A stretch of 63,469 nucleotides of DNA, the filler included, from Octopus bimaculoides (lineage: Eukaryota): the NCBI RefSeq assembly GCF_001194135.2. It is 5 parts of 5 records of this genome, joined end to end, with 100 filler letters (N's around TTAATTAATTAA, not from the genome) between each part and the next. Parts side by side here need not be neighbours in the genome. Positions count along the whole stretch, not along the records: positions 23,904 to 35,644 come from NC_068981.1; positions 35,745 to 44,278 come from NC_068991.1; 3 more parts are not named here. One strand, 5' to 3'. The notes under the pieces were generated by a model. That model was not told where the DNA came from. It made no database searches and worked only from the letters and a program-made list of their open reading frames with translations. The translations under genes were made by a program, and so were the position numbers. The first letter of the stretch is position 1. Every line of letters starts with the position of its first letter. Positions 24,630-37,850 of this stretch are shown here, piece by piece.

Positions 24630-26200
24630 GTAAGTAATATCAATTTGTTTAATTGTTATTTACAATGAATTCTTCATAAAATACTTGCTAATGGAGTAGA
24701 TAATGAATGTATTATGCCTAAATGCATTAATTTTCATTCATATCTACATACATGTAAGCAATTTACCTTGGAGGCTATCTCAGATGCACATATACTGACA
24801 TCCAAATACTCACACCAAAGGTACACACATACAAAAGGTGATATATTCACTACCCTCCCAATCTTATCCACATTTAAATACATAGGTACATCATTGCATG
24901 TGTGTGCTGGAATACAAGTGTATGCACACAAACACACACACTAAAATGGATAGCCTCTTGTTTTAATTTTCTTTTGCTTTTCAATCTGGTCTTGAAGGCA
25001 TGAAGATGAAGTGTGCAGCAATGTTGTGAACTGATAACAGCTTCAAACTGAAACAGAGCATAAAATACAGATTATCATTTTATGTCCACTTCCCCATGCT
25101 AGTGTGGATTAGATGGGCTGTTATAAACCAAGTCAATTCTTACTGGAATAACTGCCCTCATAGAGAGTTTGAGGACCATATCTTGCATGTACATTTAATT
25201 TTCAGCATGTTTTCTATGGCTGGCTACCCTTTCTAACACCTACCACTGGATGCATTTTATCATGGCACCAGCACAAGAGGCTGCCATGCTTTTGCAAGAT
25301 GAATGAGTTCTCTACGCTGTGTTGTTTTCACTTGTCGATGACAAGATGATCAAGAGGATGAAAAGAAGAGTGGCTTATAAAAGAAAGAATTGGGTAAGAT
25401 TGTGATAGAAGAGATTATGACAGGGGGAATAGTCATAGAAGTGAGAGGGTTATAGAGGTGGGAGTAAGGAAAGAGTCAGGATGATAGACAACCATATGAT
25501 AGTTGGTGGCAAGGAGATTGAATAGAACAGCCTGAGCATTGTGTTGGATGAAAAAGAAGTGATCTGGAGACACAGTGATGGAAGAGAGAGTACTTGAAGT
25601 GAGAAAGCGGGTTGTATGTCAATAATGAATGATATGAGAGAGAAAGAGAATGATGGGTAAGAGAGAAAGTGGTAGATCCAATAATGAATGAGGGAGAGAG
25701 AGAAAGATTAATAATATGTATTAAATGCTTTTGCCTTGTCAAAATGGTAATTTTTGCCTTATCAATAAGGTAATTACCTTATCAAAAAGGTAATTCCCAA
25801 CCTGGGTTGGGAATTAAAGGTTCTACAGCTATACAGTTTGAAGATATCCTGCTTTTAATGTGTACTGTTGATGAATATACAACTTGAAAGCAATATAATG
25901 CATTTTATGAATGATAAAAATATACGTACACAACACATATCAGACTATCAAAGTTTATTTTATTAAATTATCAAAACAGTTTCCATAGATAAAAATTTCA
26001 TTTTATTTATAGAATAGCTAAAGATATAAATCCCATAAATTTGGAATTATATACACTAACTCTTTTGATATGAAACTGAATGAGACCACTTTTGGTTCTA
26101 TAATACAAACTTGTTTTAAAATAATCTAAATTAAAACCATCAATTAAAATTTTATGTTAATTTGTTCCAAACACCAGTTTAATAATGATAAAATTATTTT

Positions 26201-26604
26201 AGGAGTGGCTGTGTGGTAAGTAGCTTGCTTACCAACCACATGGTTCCGGATTCAGTCCCACTGCGTGGCATCTTGGGCAAGTGTCTTCTACTATAGCCTC
26301 GGGCCGACCAAAGCCTTGTGAGTGAATTTGGTAGATGGAAACTGAAAGAAGCCCGTCGTATATATGTATATATACATATATATATATGTATGTATGTGTG
26401 TTTGTGTGTCTGTGTTTGTCCCCCCACCATCGCTTGACAACTGATGCTGGTGTGTTTACGTCCCCGTAACTTAGCGGTTCGGCAAAAAGAGACCGATAGA
26501 ATAAGTACTAGTCTTACTAAGAATAAGTCCTGGGGTCGATTTGCTCGACTAAAGGCGGTGCTACAGCATGGCCGCAGTCAAATGACTGAAACAAGTAAAA
26601 GAGT
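26201..26604 (+). mobile_element. SINE family A, full length
   Basis: High similarity to 6069-6480. Confidence 0.9.
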
Positions 26605-28099
26605 AATATTTTCAAAATTAATTGAAACCAAGGTAGTGTATTTTAATAGAAAATCTGGTAACAAAAGGCTTAAAGCAAAATAAAGATAACAGATTAAGTG
26701 ACATTTTGCTCTGAATTATTTTAGTTTTTCAAGTCTTATCAAAGTAATCTAAGTTTAATATTGAAGCATATTGATCTCATATCGCAAATGACATAAATGA
26801 ATTATCCAAGGGCAAGTAGTTCAGCATCTTAACTAATCTCTTATTCTTTTGCGCATTTCAAACAGACTATGGCCATGCTGGGACATTGACTTAGTGTTTT
26901 AGTTGATCATAACCAACTGTACTTTATCTGGCATTTATTTTGACTTGGGAAGATGAACAGCTAATGTATTTTCATTGGGTACATCATTTGCTATCAAATG
27001 TTGAAACAAGCATACACTGATACATCTGTTGATATATACATTGGTACACATATCTGACATGTTTCTATGGTGTCTCCATCTACCAGATTTCACTCAAAGC
27101 TTGGGGTTAACTCACTTGCTCAAGTTGCTGCACAGTGAGATTGAACCCTGGACTACATGATTTTTTAGGCAAACTCCTACAAATAATGTGAACTGATCTA
27201 AAACAAAGCTGCTGAGTTATATAGAATTTAAGGATCATTGTTACATTGAGGAGGGCAGTGGATTGCAGTTTTTAAGAAAAAAAATGTTTTTGGTTTATGG
27301 AAGTGAAAAGACAGCATGGATATTTTTTTTGTTTCTTAGGGAAACTTTTAAAGAAAGGGTAGTAATTAAATATCACAAAAAAGCATACAAAAAAAAGGAA
27401 AAAAGAATAATTTCACTAATGGTAAAAATAATATTTCTCAATTGTTAGTAAAGTATATGGAGTCTTATTGAACAAATACTTTTTTTTGTTGATTGGGCAG
27501 TGGGGATATGCATCATGCAAATATGATGAGGCATCTGATTTCACGTGTAGTGTTTAGCTTTTATAAAGAAAGCCAATATTTTATGGAGTTTTCTAGATAC
27601 ATTTTGTAACTGAAAAAGATCTAGCAATAAAATGTTACCATTGTTACTGTTATCGTCTATACCACTGTCATTGTCATATATGACTTTTCTTTCTATCTTT
27701 TTTTAAAGCCAACAGTTGCATGGCAATATTACATTTTCCAGCAAATCATTTAAGTAACTTTTTTTTTTTTGTCTTCTGGAACATTCAAGTTCATTTTATT
27801 GTTGGCCATCATAGTGAGAATGGGAATTGAAGTGCAACAACAGTTGCCATTTAGAAATTCTGAAAATTTTGGGGAATACATATTTGATTTGGTGAACACT
27901 GTGGAATATTAATAAGCGATACAGTTCTGACATAGTTATTGGAATGTAAGAAAGAGAAGATGGTTGAGGTAGTAATCCAAAAATACAGTTCAAGCTTGAA
28001 CAGATAGTAAAGCAGAAGAGACAGATAGGAATGAATGGAGATAGTATGATACTTACAAGTTATTATGGTTATAGGGCCAGTCCTACTGCATAGCACCAT

Positions 28100-28518
28100 T
28101 GGCAACTGTTTAGGTGTGGACGTAACTGTGTGGTTGAGAAGCTCTCTTCCAAACCACATTACAAATTCAGTCATATAGTATGGCACCATGGGCAAGTGAT
28201 TTCTATTATTGCACCAGGCCATCTATAGTCCTGTGAGTGGATTTGGTAGATGGAAAATGATATAAGCCCATTATATGTTGTTGTTGGCACTCTGTCGGTT
28301 ACGACGTCGAGGGTTCCAGTTGATCCGATCAACAGAACAGCCTGCTCGTGAAATTAACGTGCAAGTGGCTGAGCACTCCACAGACACGTGTACCCTTAAC
28401 ATAGTTCTCGGGGATATTCGGTGTGACACAGTGTGACAAGGCTGACCCTTTGAATTACAGGCACAACAGAAACAGGAAGTAAGAGTGAGAGAAAGTTGTG
28501 GTGAAAGAGTACAGCAGG
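28100..28518. mobile_element. Degenerate SINE A copy (about 28100-28270, +) followed by another interspersed repeat (about 28277-28518)
   Basis: gtaactgtgtggttgagaag...gtgagtggatttggtagatggaaa matches family A. The adjoining GC-richer block is repeat-like but unclassified. Confidence 0.5.
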
Positions 28519-29234
28519 NNNNNNNNNNNNNNNNNNNNNNNNNNNNNNNNNNNNNNNNNNNNNNNNNNNNNNNNNNNNNNNNNNNNNNNNNNNNNNNNNN
28601 NNNNNNNNNNNNNNNNNNNNNNNNNNNNNNNNNNNNNNNNNNNNNNNNNNNNNNNNNNNNNNNNNNNNNNNNNNNNNNNNNNNNNNNNNNNNNNNNNNNN
28701 NNNNNNNNNNNNNNNNNNNNNNNNNNNNNNNNNNNNNNNNNNNNNNNNNNNNNNNNNNNNNNNNNNNNNNNNNNNNNNNNNNNNNNNNNNNNNNNNNNNN
28801 NNNNNNNNNNNNNNNNNNNNNNNNNNNNNNNNNNNNNNNNNNNNNNNNNNNNNNNNNNNNNNNNNNNNNNNNNNNNNNNNNNNNNNNNNNNNNNNNNNNN
28901 NNNNNNNNNNNGAAATATTATCTTCTTGGAAACAAGTGAGGCTTGGTGACAGGAAAGTCATCAGGCCATAGAAAATGTACCTCAGCAAATTTTGGCCCTT
29001 GCAAGCATGAACAAGTGGATGTTAGAATGATGATGATAAATATTTCAGGTTTTGCAAGTAGTAGCATATAATGTTTTCACATAAGGAATTTCTTTTTAAA
29101 CAGTAAAAATATTAACTTGCATAACTTGTTCCAATTGGCTTTTTATATTTCTTTCTAATATTCAATGTGAAAAGAAGCTTTATTTGGGAGTTTACTAATT
29201 CCTTTTTTTTTTTTTTTTTTTTAAATACATTTAG

Positions 29235-29346
29235 CTACTTAATCACACCATTAATGGGAGCTGATCTTAACAACATATTAAAAACTCAACGTCTCAGTGA
29301 CGATCACATACAATTCCTTGTTTATCAGATTTTAAGAGGACTTAAG
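29235..29346 (+). CDS. MAPK14: p38 MAP kinase, internal exon (equivalent of human MAPK14 exon 4, 112 bp)
   Basis: ttag|C TAC...AAG|gtaagt encodes [37 protein letters not shown] (human [37 protein letters not shown]). It splices in frame to 24571-24629 over a 4605-bp phase-2 intron. Confidence 0.93.
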
Positions 29347-29485
29347 GTAAGTTCTGTTATGTTTCAGCATGCTTTCCCATATTATTTTTTGCATTTTTAG
29401 TAATTTTCTAACACTTTTCATTTATTGGTTAAAGTGAATTTGTACTACTTAGATATGAAAAGCAACTTTTGGTAAGTAAACATAA

Positions 29486-29649
29486 GCACAGGAGTGGCTG
29501 TGTGGTAAGTAGCTTGCTTACCAACCACATGGTTCTGAGTTCAGTCCCACTGCGTGGCATCTTGTGCAAGTGTCTTCTACTATAGCCTCGGGTCGACCAA
29601 AGCCTTGTGAGTGGATCTGGTAGGCGGAAACTGAAAGAAGCCCGTCGTA

Positions 29650-29718
<69 letters not shown>

Positions 29719-29904
29719 ATGTTTATGTGTCTGTGTTTGTTTCCCCTAGCATTGCTTGACAACCGATGCTGGTGTGTTTATGTCCCCGTCACTTAGCGGG
29801 TCAGCAAAAGAGACCAATAGAATAAGTCCTGGGGGCGATTTGCTCGACTAAAGGTGGTGCTCCAGCATGGCCCCAATCAAATAACTGAAACAAGTTAAAG
29901 AGTA
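29486..29904 (+). mobile_element. SINE family A, full length (in the p38 intron)
   Basis: High similarity to 6069-6480. Confidence 0.9.
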
Positions 29905-30424
29905 TATGCATGAAATTATATATTTTCTACTACCTTTTAACGTCTAAGTGATATCTGTGACAGGTTAACCTACCATTTCTTAAATGTTTACCACTTGATC
30001 AGAATGATATCACTTAAAGTAGCATTATATTAATTTTTTTTTTTATCTGATTTTGAAAAAACTAAATTGGCTTTTGTTTATCAAGTGATTTGATCAGTTA
30101 ATTTCTTTTCTCAGTTGCCATTTCCTTTCTTGAATTTAGCATTTGTGATTTATTTCTTCTTATAAGTGTTGACCAGATGTGGTTAATAGTTCAAAGAAAA
30201 CTAAAGTTTGGTAATGTGATTGTATTACTATTTTTCAATATACATGGTCAATACAGTCATTTGAAGTTTGACAATTTCATTTCTTTTTTTCTCTGTTAGT
30301 AGTTTGCAAGTTGAAATATTTGCAAGATTGTTAGAGCTATCAAGAGTGTCTTTCTAAAACTAATTAATTATCTATCTTCATTAGATGAATTTTGAAAATA
30401 ATATTCCTTATTTACAAGTATAAT

Positions 30425-30572
30425 AATTGGTGTTAGGAAGGGCATCCGGCCATGGAAACCATGCCACAACAGACAATTGGAGTCTGGACTGTTCCTCAAC
30501 TGGTCAGCTTCTGCCAAACCATCCAATCCATGTCAGCATAGAAAGTGGATGTTAAACAATGATGATGAAGAA
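30425..30572 (+). mobile_element. RTE-type 3' tail fragment
   Basis: ttggtgttaggaagggcatccggcc...gatgttaaacaatgatgatgaag, ending in a (GAT)n tail. Confidence 0.6.
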
Positions 30573-32424
30573 TATAATGCTGAGGTTCATCACATGATTA
30601 ATTGAAAATATATACCCATACTGTTGTGATGAGAAGCAGTTGTTGAAAATCAAATTGTTTTATTTGGTTAAAACGTTCAACATCAGCAATTGAAGCACAT
30701 GTATAAAGATGAAAATTTATTGCATTTGCATGAATCTAGCTTTTAACTGAAGTGTACCATAATACTCTAGGATAACAAATAACAACAATGGTAATACATT
30801 CAATAGTGGCTTAAAGGTTTAGTCTTTCCAGTGTTTTTGAGATCTTTTTTGAGCTGCAAGGAGATTTAAATAGTGGGACCATATCTCTTCTTCAGCAGTC
30901 AGATTGACACTGGAATATTCCTACTCAGCAGTTTGTTGAGCCCATCTTCTCAGTATATTATTGCAGAAGTCATAGACAAAACATTCATCATTAGATGCAG
31001 TATATGCTTTGACCAGAGTTTTCAACAAATTGCTATCATGGCAATTGTTAATGCAGTTCTCTTCAGTGGAACCAAAATTTGATTGATTTCCTGCAGAGCT
31101 CAGTTTTCTTCAGTTGAGACAGTGCCAATTCAACCATCTAAATATTTAACACACATCAGGAATTATGTCAATCAGTTAACATAATCAACTTTTGGCTTAT
31201 TATTAAGATTAAATGGTCAAAGCAAAACATATCCAGGTTTAGAGCCTGTACCAGTAAAAACTTTACTTCCAATGTTGAATATTAGTCATTCATGAGGCAT
31301 CAAGTTAGTCTCAATGCAGAAGTGGAACCTAACTGCATGGAGTGAGTCTCTTAAATGTTAGACTTTTGTTTTCTGACAGCTTTCTTGTATGAAAGGCAAG
31401 TGTTTTGCTCCCCATAGAGTTCCACTTAAATAGTTTACTTGATTGTTTTCATTTAGACTTTCTAGTCAATATTCTTCTTGATTGTTTAACCTAAAACAAC
31501 TTTATTGCTTAGATGAGTTGCCATACTGAAGACATTGTCAGAATGCTAGGAATAAGGGATTCTTATTAACATCCTAAGCCATGACACAGGCAACACTACC
31601 TGAATCCGTTGGGTTCGTTAGGCTTATTTATGCTGACAGTAGCTTTTTCAAATCTTTTACTTTGATGTGCTCTTTTTGTAGCAATTATTATAGATGCTGC
31701 TGATATCATTCTGTTTAACTGACCTGCTTGTTAAAAAGATATTAATTTCTGTAGTAGTGGCAAGTTCAGTTTTTTGTTGAACAAATAGAGCAATTATTAT
31801 AGGGGTTAGCATGAGTAGTACATCTTTGTCTATAGGATAATTAGTTAATGATGACAGCAGTATGTTCATTGCTAAGAGAGCTGAACTCTGTTTTTGCTGC
31901 TGTACTTCCAGATAGGGTAACTAGAGAAAGGGAACATCCCTGGTAAACCTTTGCATTTCTCTGAGCATCTTCAGACAACATTCTTGGGTGACTTTTTGTT
32001 CCAAATTCAATGAAGTCTCATGGAGCCTCAGGTGAAATAGTCAGCTGATCCACAAAACAAATCCTTATGCTTTCCTCTCTATAGAAATCAACAGTTACAA
32101 TTGGAAATTGTAGTAGAATTATGATTGCAGTAGGAATCTGAAAACAATTGTATTTTGCTGTTAAATGGAGGTGCAATTGATGCTATATGATGAAGACTGC
32201 AAGTAGGATAAGTTGGTAAACACAGTGAGTCATTATTGTTCAACTGAGTCTTCATAATCAAGAATTTAGTCTTCCAGTGAGTCTAATCTCTGCTAATATC
32301 TAAGGAAGTACTAACAAAATGATTTTGACCCCACCAAATTTTCCCATTCTTATTGTGCTTTGCTGCAGAAAGACATGTCCTGGAGTACTTTTTAGTTGTA
32401 CTTGTGGAAATAATTGTTTTGACA

Positions 32425-32587
32425 CACACATATGATGAGCTTTCATACAGCTTCCATAAACCAAATTCACTCACAAGGACTTTGGTTGGCCTGAGGCTAT
32501 AGCAGAAGACACTAGCCCAACATGTCATGCAGTGGGACTGAATCCAAAACTACATAGTTGAAAAGCAAGCTTTTTAACCATACTGCA
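32425..32587 (-). mobile_element. SINE family A, 5' part, degenerate
   Basis: ttcactcacaaggactttggttggcctgaggctatagcagaagacact is the reverse complement of the family A head. Confidence 0.7.
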
Positions 32588-32764
32588 ATCAGTGCTTAAG
32601 AGAATATTTTGAGATGTAACATACACCTCAAAATAGTTACTTTGTGCATTTTTTTCAGACAACAACAACAACAACAAAAAAAAAAAAAAAAAAAGGAAAA
32701 AAGGGAACTGGTTGATTTAATGAAAATGCATTTTATGAGTAGAGAAATGAAATTTTAAAACTGA

Positions 32765-33090
32765 AGGCTCATGGTTCAGTGGTTGGAGCATCGGGCACTC
32801 ATGAGGTTGTGAGTTCAATGGGCTGTGTGTTGTATTCTTGAGCAAGAGACTTTATTTCAAGTTGCTCCAGTTCACCCAGCTGTAGAAATGAATTGCAATG
32901 TCACTGTTGCCAAGCTGTATCAACCTTTGTCTTTTCCTTGGATAAGATCAGTGGCATGGAGAGGGGAGGCTGGTATGCATGGGCAGCTGCTGGTCTTCCA
33001 TTAACGACCTTGCCTGGACTTGTGCCTTGGAGGGCAACTTTCTAGGTGCAATCCTATGGTCAGTCATGATCGAAAGGGGCCTTCACCCCA
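32765..33090 (+). mobile_element. tRNA-derived SINE (another family)
   Basis: A-box-like TGGTTCAGTGG, B-box-like GAGTTCAAT, then ttcttgagcaagagacttt...gctccagttcacccagctgtagaaatg. Confidence 0.55.
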
Positions 33091-34860
33091 ATGGCTATTA
33101 TACTGAACTAGTTGGCTCCGTGCTGTCAAAATTGACAGCTAATTGTAGTATTTTATGTATAAATAAGGTACAGAACCAAGTTTTGAGTTTAATAATTCTT
33201 TTATTACCAAATTTGTTTGTGAAAAATCTATCTGCAATTAACATCCCTTGACTGCTTGCTTCCTTCAAAAGAATTTTAAAGTTTTCTTTCTTGTATGATG
33301 TAAAGCCACATAAAGCTGGCTGTGACTAAATATGGAAGCTGGCAAGTAAATACCAACTCTTTGAAGCGACGTTTCCTTTCAATTGCACTCTCCATTACTG
33401 AAACCAGCCTAAACTCACATGACTTAAAGCCACAAAAAGTAGTCCGTGAATTATAGTTCATTCTGTAAAAACTCCCTGTTCAAAATATATTACATAAATT
33501 TCTTAATATAAATAAATTAGGCACATGTATGAACTGTTAAATATGTGATTTATAATATACTTTTCAACTGCAGTCGTTTTATATTCTTGATACACTCAGG
33601 CAATAATTATTTTCTCTAAAGAGTTTGTATATGTTTGTGTAGATGTGTGTGATTGTTGTGTTACAACTAACTATTACAGATAGAATATGGATGATGATTC
33701 AAATTAATACACTTCTCAATGTTATCTAGTAGTTGTATTTTGAAATGTGACACCGATCATTATTTGTCACTGAAAGAATGCTGGTTTACACATACATTCC
33801 CATACTTCCCATGTACATGCACACACATGCACACATATACTCACACAGAGTTGAAATGCTATTTGATTTTTCTTTTCAGCATTGAATGTTCACCATCCCA
33901 CATACATTGCGTGTGTACACACACACACACATATTCACATACCTCCCTTTTTACATACACATATACTCACACATTCACATACCTCCCTTTTTGCATACAC
34001 ACACATCTACTCACACAGAGTTGAAACACTGTTTGATTTTTGTTTTTCGCCCCTTCCTTCCTTCCTTATTCATCTATCACTCCTCCTTTCTCATTCATAT
34101 GTCGTGAGGAGAAAAACACGAGTACTATTATAGGGGATTGGAAACTCACCACGAGTAAGTAATGAAATGCAAGATTTATATAACGATAAATAAAGATGTA
34201 CTAGTTTTAAAATTTATATAAGAATTTTAACTGAACCATTTCAAGGTTGATTTTGTTGTTAAAAGCTATATAAATTTCTATAATGGGGACACATTTTCAC
34301 TTGCATTAAGATGGAGTTTTTATTTGACTCAGAATGTAAAGTTAATTCAGAATGGGAGTTAATGGAGAACGATTGACATTGTCCATGCAGTTTACTGTTA
34401 CTGTAAATGAATAAAAACATTCCTGTAGGACTTGTTCTTTGAGAATTTCATATACAAATAAGAAAGGTGAGGGGAAACACGTGTAATTAAATCAACACCA
34501 TAAAAATGTGGAGATATCTGTTCATAATAACTTTCATAGAATTGGTTGCTTTAAAATAGAATTGGCTGCTTTAAAATAATTGGAAAATTATAGTCTAAAA
34601 TTGTCATCATCATAGTGCCTACTTTCCCGTAGCTGCATGTGTTGGATGGCGTTTTTTGATGCAGATTTTTAAAGCCTTCCTGTTGCCAACTCTCACTTGT
34701 TTTCAAGTTAGGTAAAAAATTTTCCCCTTGGCCAGACAGGGTTTCACAGAATATTGAAAATGAATGATACTGTTTGTATGGCGACACACATTTACGACTA
34801 TCATGTGATTTCAAAACAAGGAGTCACAAGCACCCCACCTATATTTTACATAAAGTTAAA

Positions 34861-35250
34861 GGTATACCTGTGTGGTAAGAAGCTTGCTTCCCAACCACAT
34901 GGTTCCAGGTTCAGTCCCACTACATGGCACCTTGGGCAAGTGTCTTCTACTATATAGCCTCAGGCCGACCAAAGCCTTGTGAGTGGATTTGGTTGACGGA
35001 AACTGAAAGGAGCCTGTCGTATATATATATATATATATATCTTTGTGTCTGTGTTTGTTCCCCCATCACCACTTGACAACTGGCGTTGGTGTGTTTATGT
35101 CTCCGTAACTTCGCAATTCAGCAAAAAAAGACCAATAGGATAAGTGCTAGTCTTAAAAAAAAATAAGTACTGGGGTTGATTCATTTGACTAAAAAATTCA
35201 AGGCGGTGCCCCAGTATGAGCGCAGTCTGATGTCTGAAACAAATAAAAGA
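34861..35250 (+). mobile_element. SINE family A, near full length
   Basis: Similarity to 6069-6480. Confidence 0.85.
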
Positions 35251-35297
35251 ATATGTCCAGTCATAGTGACCAGTGGTTTCGTATATATGATTTACTG

Positions 35298-35330
<33 letters not shown>

Positions 35331-35332
<2 letters not shown>

Positions 35333-35644
35333 CCAATGACTGGTGTAGCAGCACCATAGTCAACAGGAGTCATACCCAATGACTGGTGTAGCAGCACCAT
35401 AGTCAACTGCTACAAAGGTAAAGGTGACGCCTTAGATACAAATAATTACAGAGGCATCAAGCTGTTTGATCAGGTTATGAAAGTTACGGAGAGGGTCATA
35501 GCCCAACTAATTAGGGAGCGAATCAATTTAGATGAGATGCAGTTTGGGTTTGTGCCAGGTAAAAGCACCACTAGTAAGACAGCTGTAGGAGAAATACCTA
35601 GCCAAGGATAAACCTCTGTACCTGGCCTTCATTGACATGGAGAA
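35331..35644 (+). mobile_element. RTE-clade LINE RT fragment (N-terminal RT domains), cut by the segment end
   Basis: Encodes GVIPNDWCSSTIVNCYKGKGDALDTNNYRGIKL...QFGFVPGKSTT...LYLAFIDMEK. Confidence 0.85.
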
Positions 35645-35744
35645 NNNNNNNNNNNNNNNNNNNNNNNNNNNNNNNNNNNNNNNNNNNNTTAATTAATTAA
35701 NNNNNNNNNNNNNNNNNNNNNNNNNNNNNNNNNNNNNNNNNNNN
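35645..35744. other. Artificial scaffold-join spacer
   Basis: 44N-TTAATTAATTAA-44N. Confidence 0.95.
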
Positions 35745-35841
35745 AACAAAAAAATAGCCACACATCTTTTTCAAATATGATCGACAAACATTTATTCCCT
35801 ACAAACTGTGAGTTTTTTGGAAAATCTTTTCATAAATCTTG

Positions 35842-35935
35842 AGATTAACACCTGCACGATTACCTACCTAACCCTAACCCTGACCCTAAAACCCTAACCC
35901 TAATACTGTAGTGAAAATCGTGCCGGTGTTAATCT
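35842..35935. repeat. 20-bp inverted repeat enclosing degenerate (CCCTAA)n telomere-like repeats
   Basis: agattaacacctgcacgatt pairs with aatcgtgccggtgttaatct (1 mismatch). cctaaccctaaccctgaccctaaaaccctaacccta lies at 35867-35903. Confidence 0.75.
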
Positions 35936-36069
35936 GAAAATTTAACAATCTTTTTTAAAACACTTTTACTTATTTACATTTTTTTATTTAGTATGTGTGT
36001 GTGTGTGTGTTACCCATATATATATACACTTAAGACTTAGTTGTGGGTTGGGAGTTTGATCGACAGAGG

Positions 36070-36110
<41 letters not shown>

Positions 36111-36119
36111 GTTTTTAAT

Positions 36120-36262
36120 TTTTCCCACAAGGGCGGCTTGGGGCAGATGGAGAATAGTCGATTATATCGACCCCTGTGTTCAACTAGTACTTATTTTTTA
36201 GACCCCGAAAGGATGACAGACAAAGTCGACTTTGGTGGAATTTGAACTCAGAACGTAGAGAT
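36120..36262 (-). mobile_element. SINE family B fragment (gaccccgaaaggatga...gtcgac...gaatttgaactcagaacgt)
   Basis: The same motif recurs at about 44695-44850, 54375-54490, 54590-54780, 58040-58210 and 59755-59945. The minus strand has the B box gagttcaaattcc and gcctttcatcctttcggggtc, which I recall as Meta-domain-like. Confidence 0.7.
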
Positions 36263-36289
36263 GGGCACAAACCTCCCGTCGCTACACTG

Positions 36290-37195
36290 ATTCTGCAGAA
36301 CAGGGTTGAGTGTGAAAACCAACTTTAAAGTGTAAGGTTACTCCTGGGAGCTCTTCTATGCTGATGACCTTGCTCTTATTGCTGAATTACTACCAGAACA
36401 AGAGAAGAAGTTTCAGATACAGAAGCAAGTCTTGAATCAAAGGGCCTTAGAGTTAACGTAGCAAAAACCAAAGTCTTAGTGAGTAGAAAGGCAGACAAAT
36501 CAAAAATCCCTTCAGGTAGAGGGCCCTGCTCAATCTTTAGAAAAGGCATAGGTAGAAACTCCATAAGATGCACCCGATGTAAGCAATATCAGAAGAAGGT
36601 TAACAGGGAAACTAGCTTTTTTTTGTGGAAGATTCACAGGTACAATAAATGCTAAAAATGTGCAGAAAATAGGCACCATCAGCTGCCATAGGGGCAAGCT
36701 AGAGGTAGTAGATAGCTTCCATTATCTAGGTGACCCAGTTAGTAGTGGAGGTGGATGCTCCGAGAGCATAGCTGTGAGAATAAGATTAAGGTGGACAAAT
36801 TTCAGAGAGTTCCAACCTCTGCTGGCAACAAAGGGCCTCTCTCTCAGAGTGAAAGGCAGATTGTATGAAGCCTGTGTGCAAACAGCTATGTTACATGACA
36901 GTGAAACATGGGCTGTGACAGCCGAGGACATGCATAGGCTTGAAAGAAATGAAGCCAGTATGCTTTGCTGGATGTGCAATGTCAGTATGCATGTTCGACA
37001 GAGTGTAAGCATCTTGAGAGAAAAGTTAAACACAAGAGGCATCAGATGTAGTGTGCAAAAGAGACAACTGCACTGGTATGGTCATATGATGCATATGGAC
37101 AAGGACAGCTGTGTAAAGAAGTGCCAATCTCTAACTGTGGAGGAAACCTATGGTAGAGGTAGACCCAGGAAGACACAGGGAAAAGTGGTGAAGTG
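36290..37195 (+). mobile_element. RTE-clade LINE RT, C-terminal part, degenerate
   Basis: Encodes WELFYADDLALIAE, VNVAKTKVLV, VVDSFHYLG, LHWYGHMMHM and GRGRPRKT. Confidence 0.88.
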
Positions 37196-37259
37196 GAGAT
37201 TCTTGACATCATATAACTACTTTCTTTACATCATAACTATTCTCTCATCTATTTTAAGG

Positions 37260-37784
37260 CAGGGGTCAAGGAACTTTTATAACCATTATATATTTATTTA
37301 TGTTGACGTTACTGCCTTGGTTTGATAGAAAGAAAATCATAGATTTTTTTCAATTCAAAAGATTTATTGGATTTATTTATATAGAGAATACAATTATAAA
37401 TATATAAAGTATAAAATAAATGTGATAAAATAAATTAATATCCTCATTATGAAACAAAAGGATTTTTCTAGAATCTTTTTCACTTTAGGTTTTGGAGAAA
37501 TGATGTTTAATTTTTGTTAGAATTACATCAAAATTGGCACATTTTGATGTCAGAGCAATTTGGATACAGTCTTCAGGGTCCAATTGATTACTCTGCTTTG
37601 TTTTTATGCTCATTAGAGTGGAAAATACTTTTGACTGCTTCCTCATGCCAGAAGAAAGATTTCTTTCATAATAAGGAACACGTTTTTTTACATAATTTTA
37701 GTTATGCTTAACGTGTCCTCATTAGCCCCATGAATTTCATTTTTACCCCACTTGGGGTAATTCACTCCGGTTCACCAACCCCTG
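37260..37784 (-). mobile_element. Non-autonomous hAT deletion derivative
   Basis: The ends read caggggtcaaggaac and (reverse complement) caggggttggtgaacc. The TSD is ttttaagg/ttataagg (7/8). The minus strand encodes VFSTLMSIKTKQSNQLDPEDCIQIAL, a hAT dimerisation C-terminus. Confidence 0.75.
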
Positions 37785-37850
37785 TTATAAGGTCTTCGCT
37801 GAAGAGAACTAATAATATAAAAACATGTCTGGAGTTGTTCCTTTACTTAC

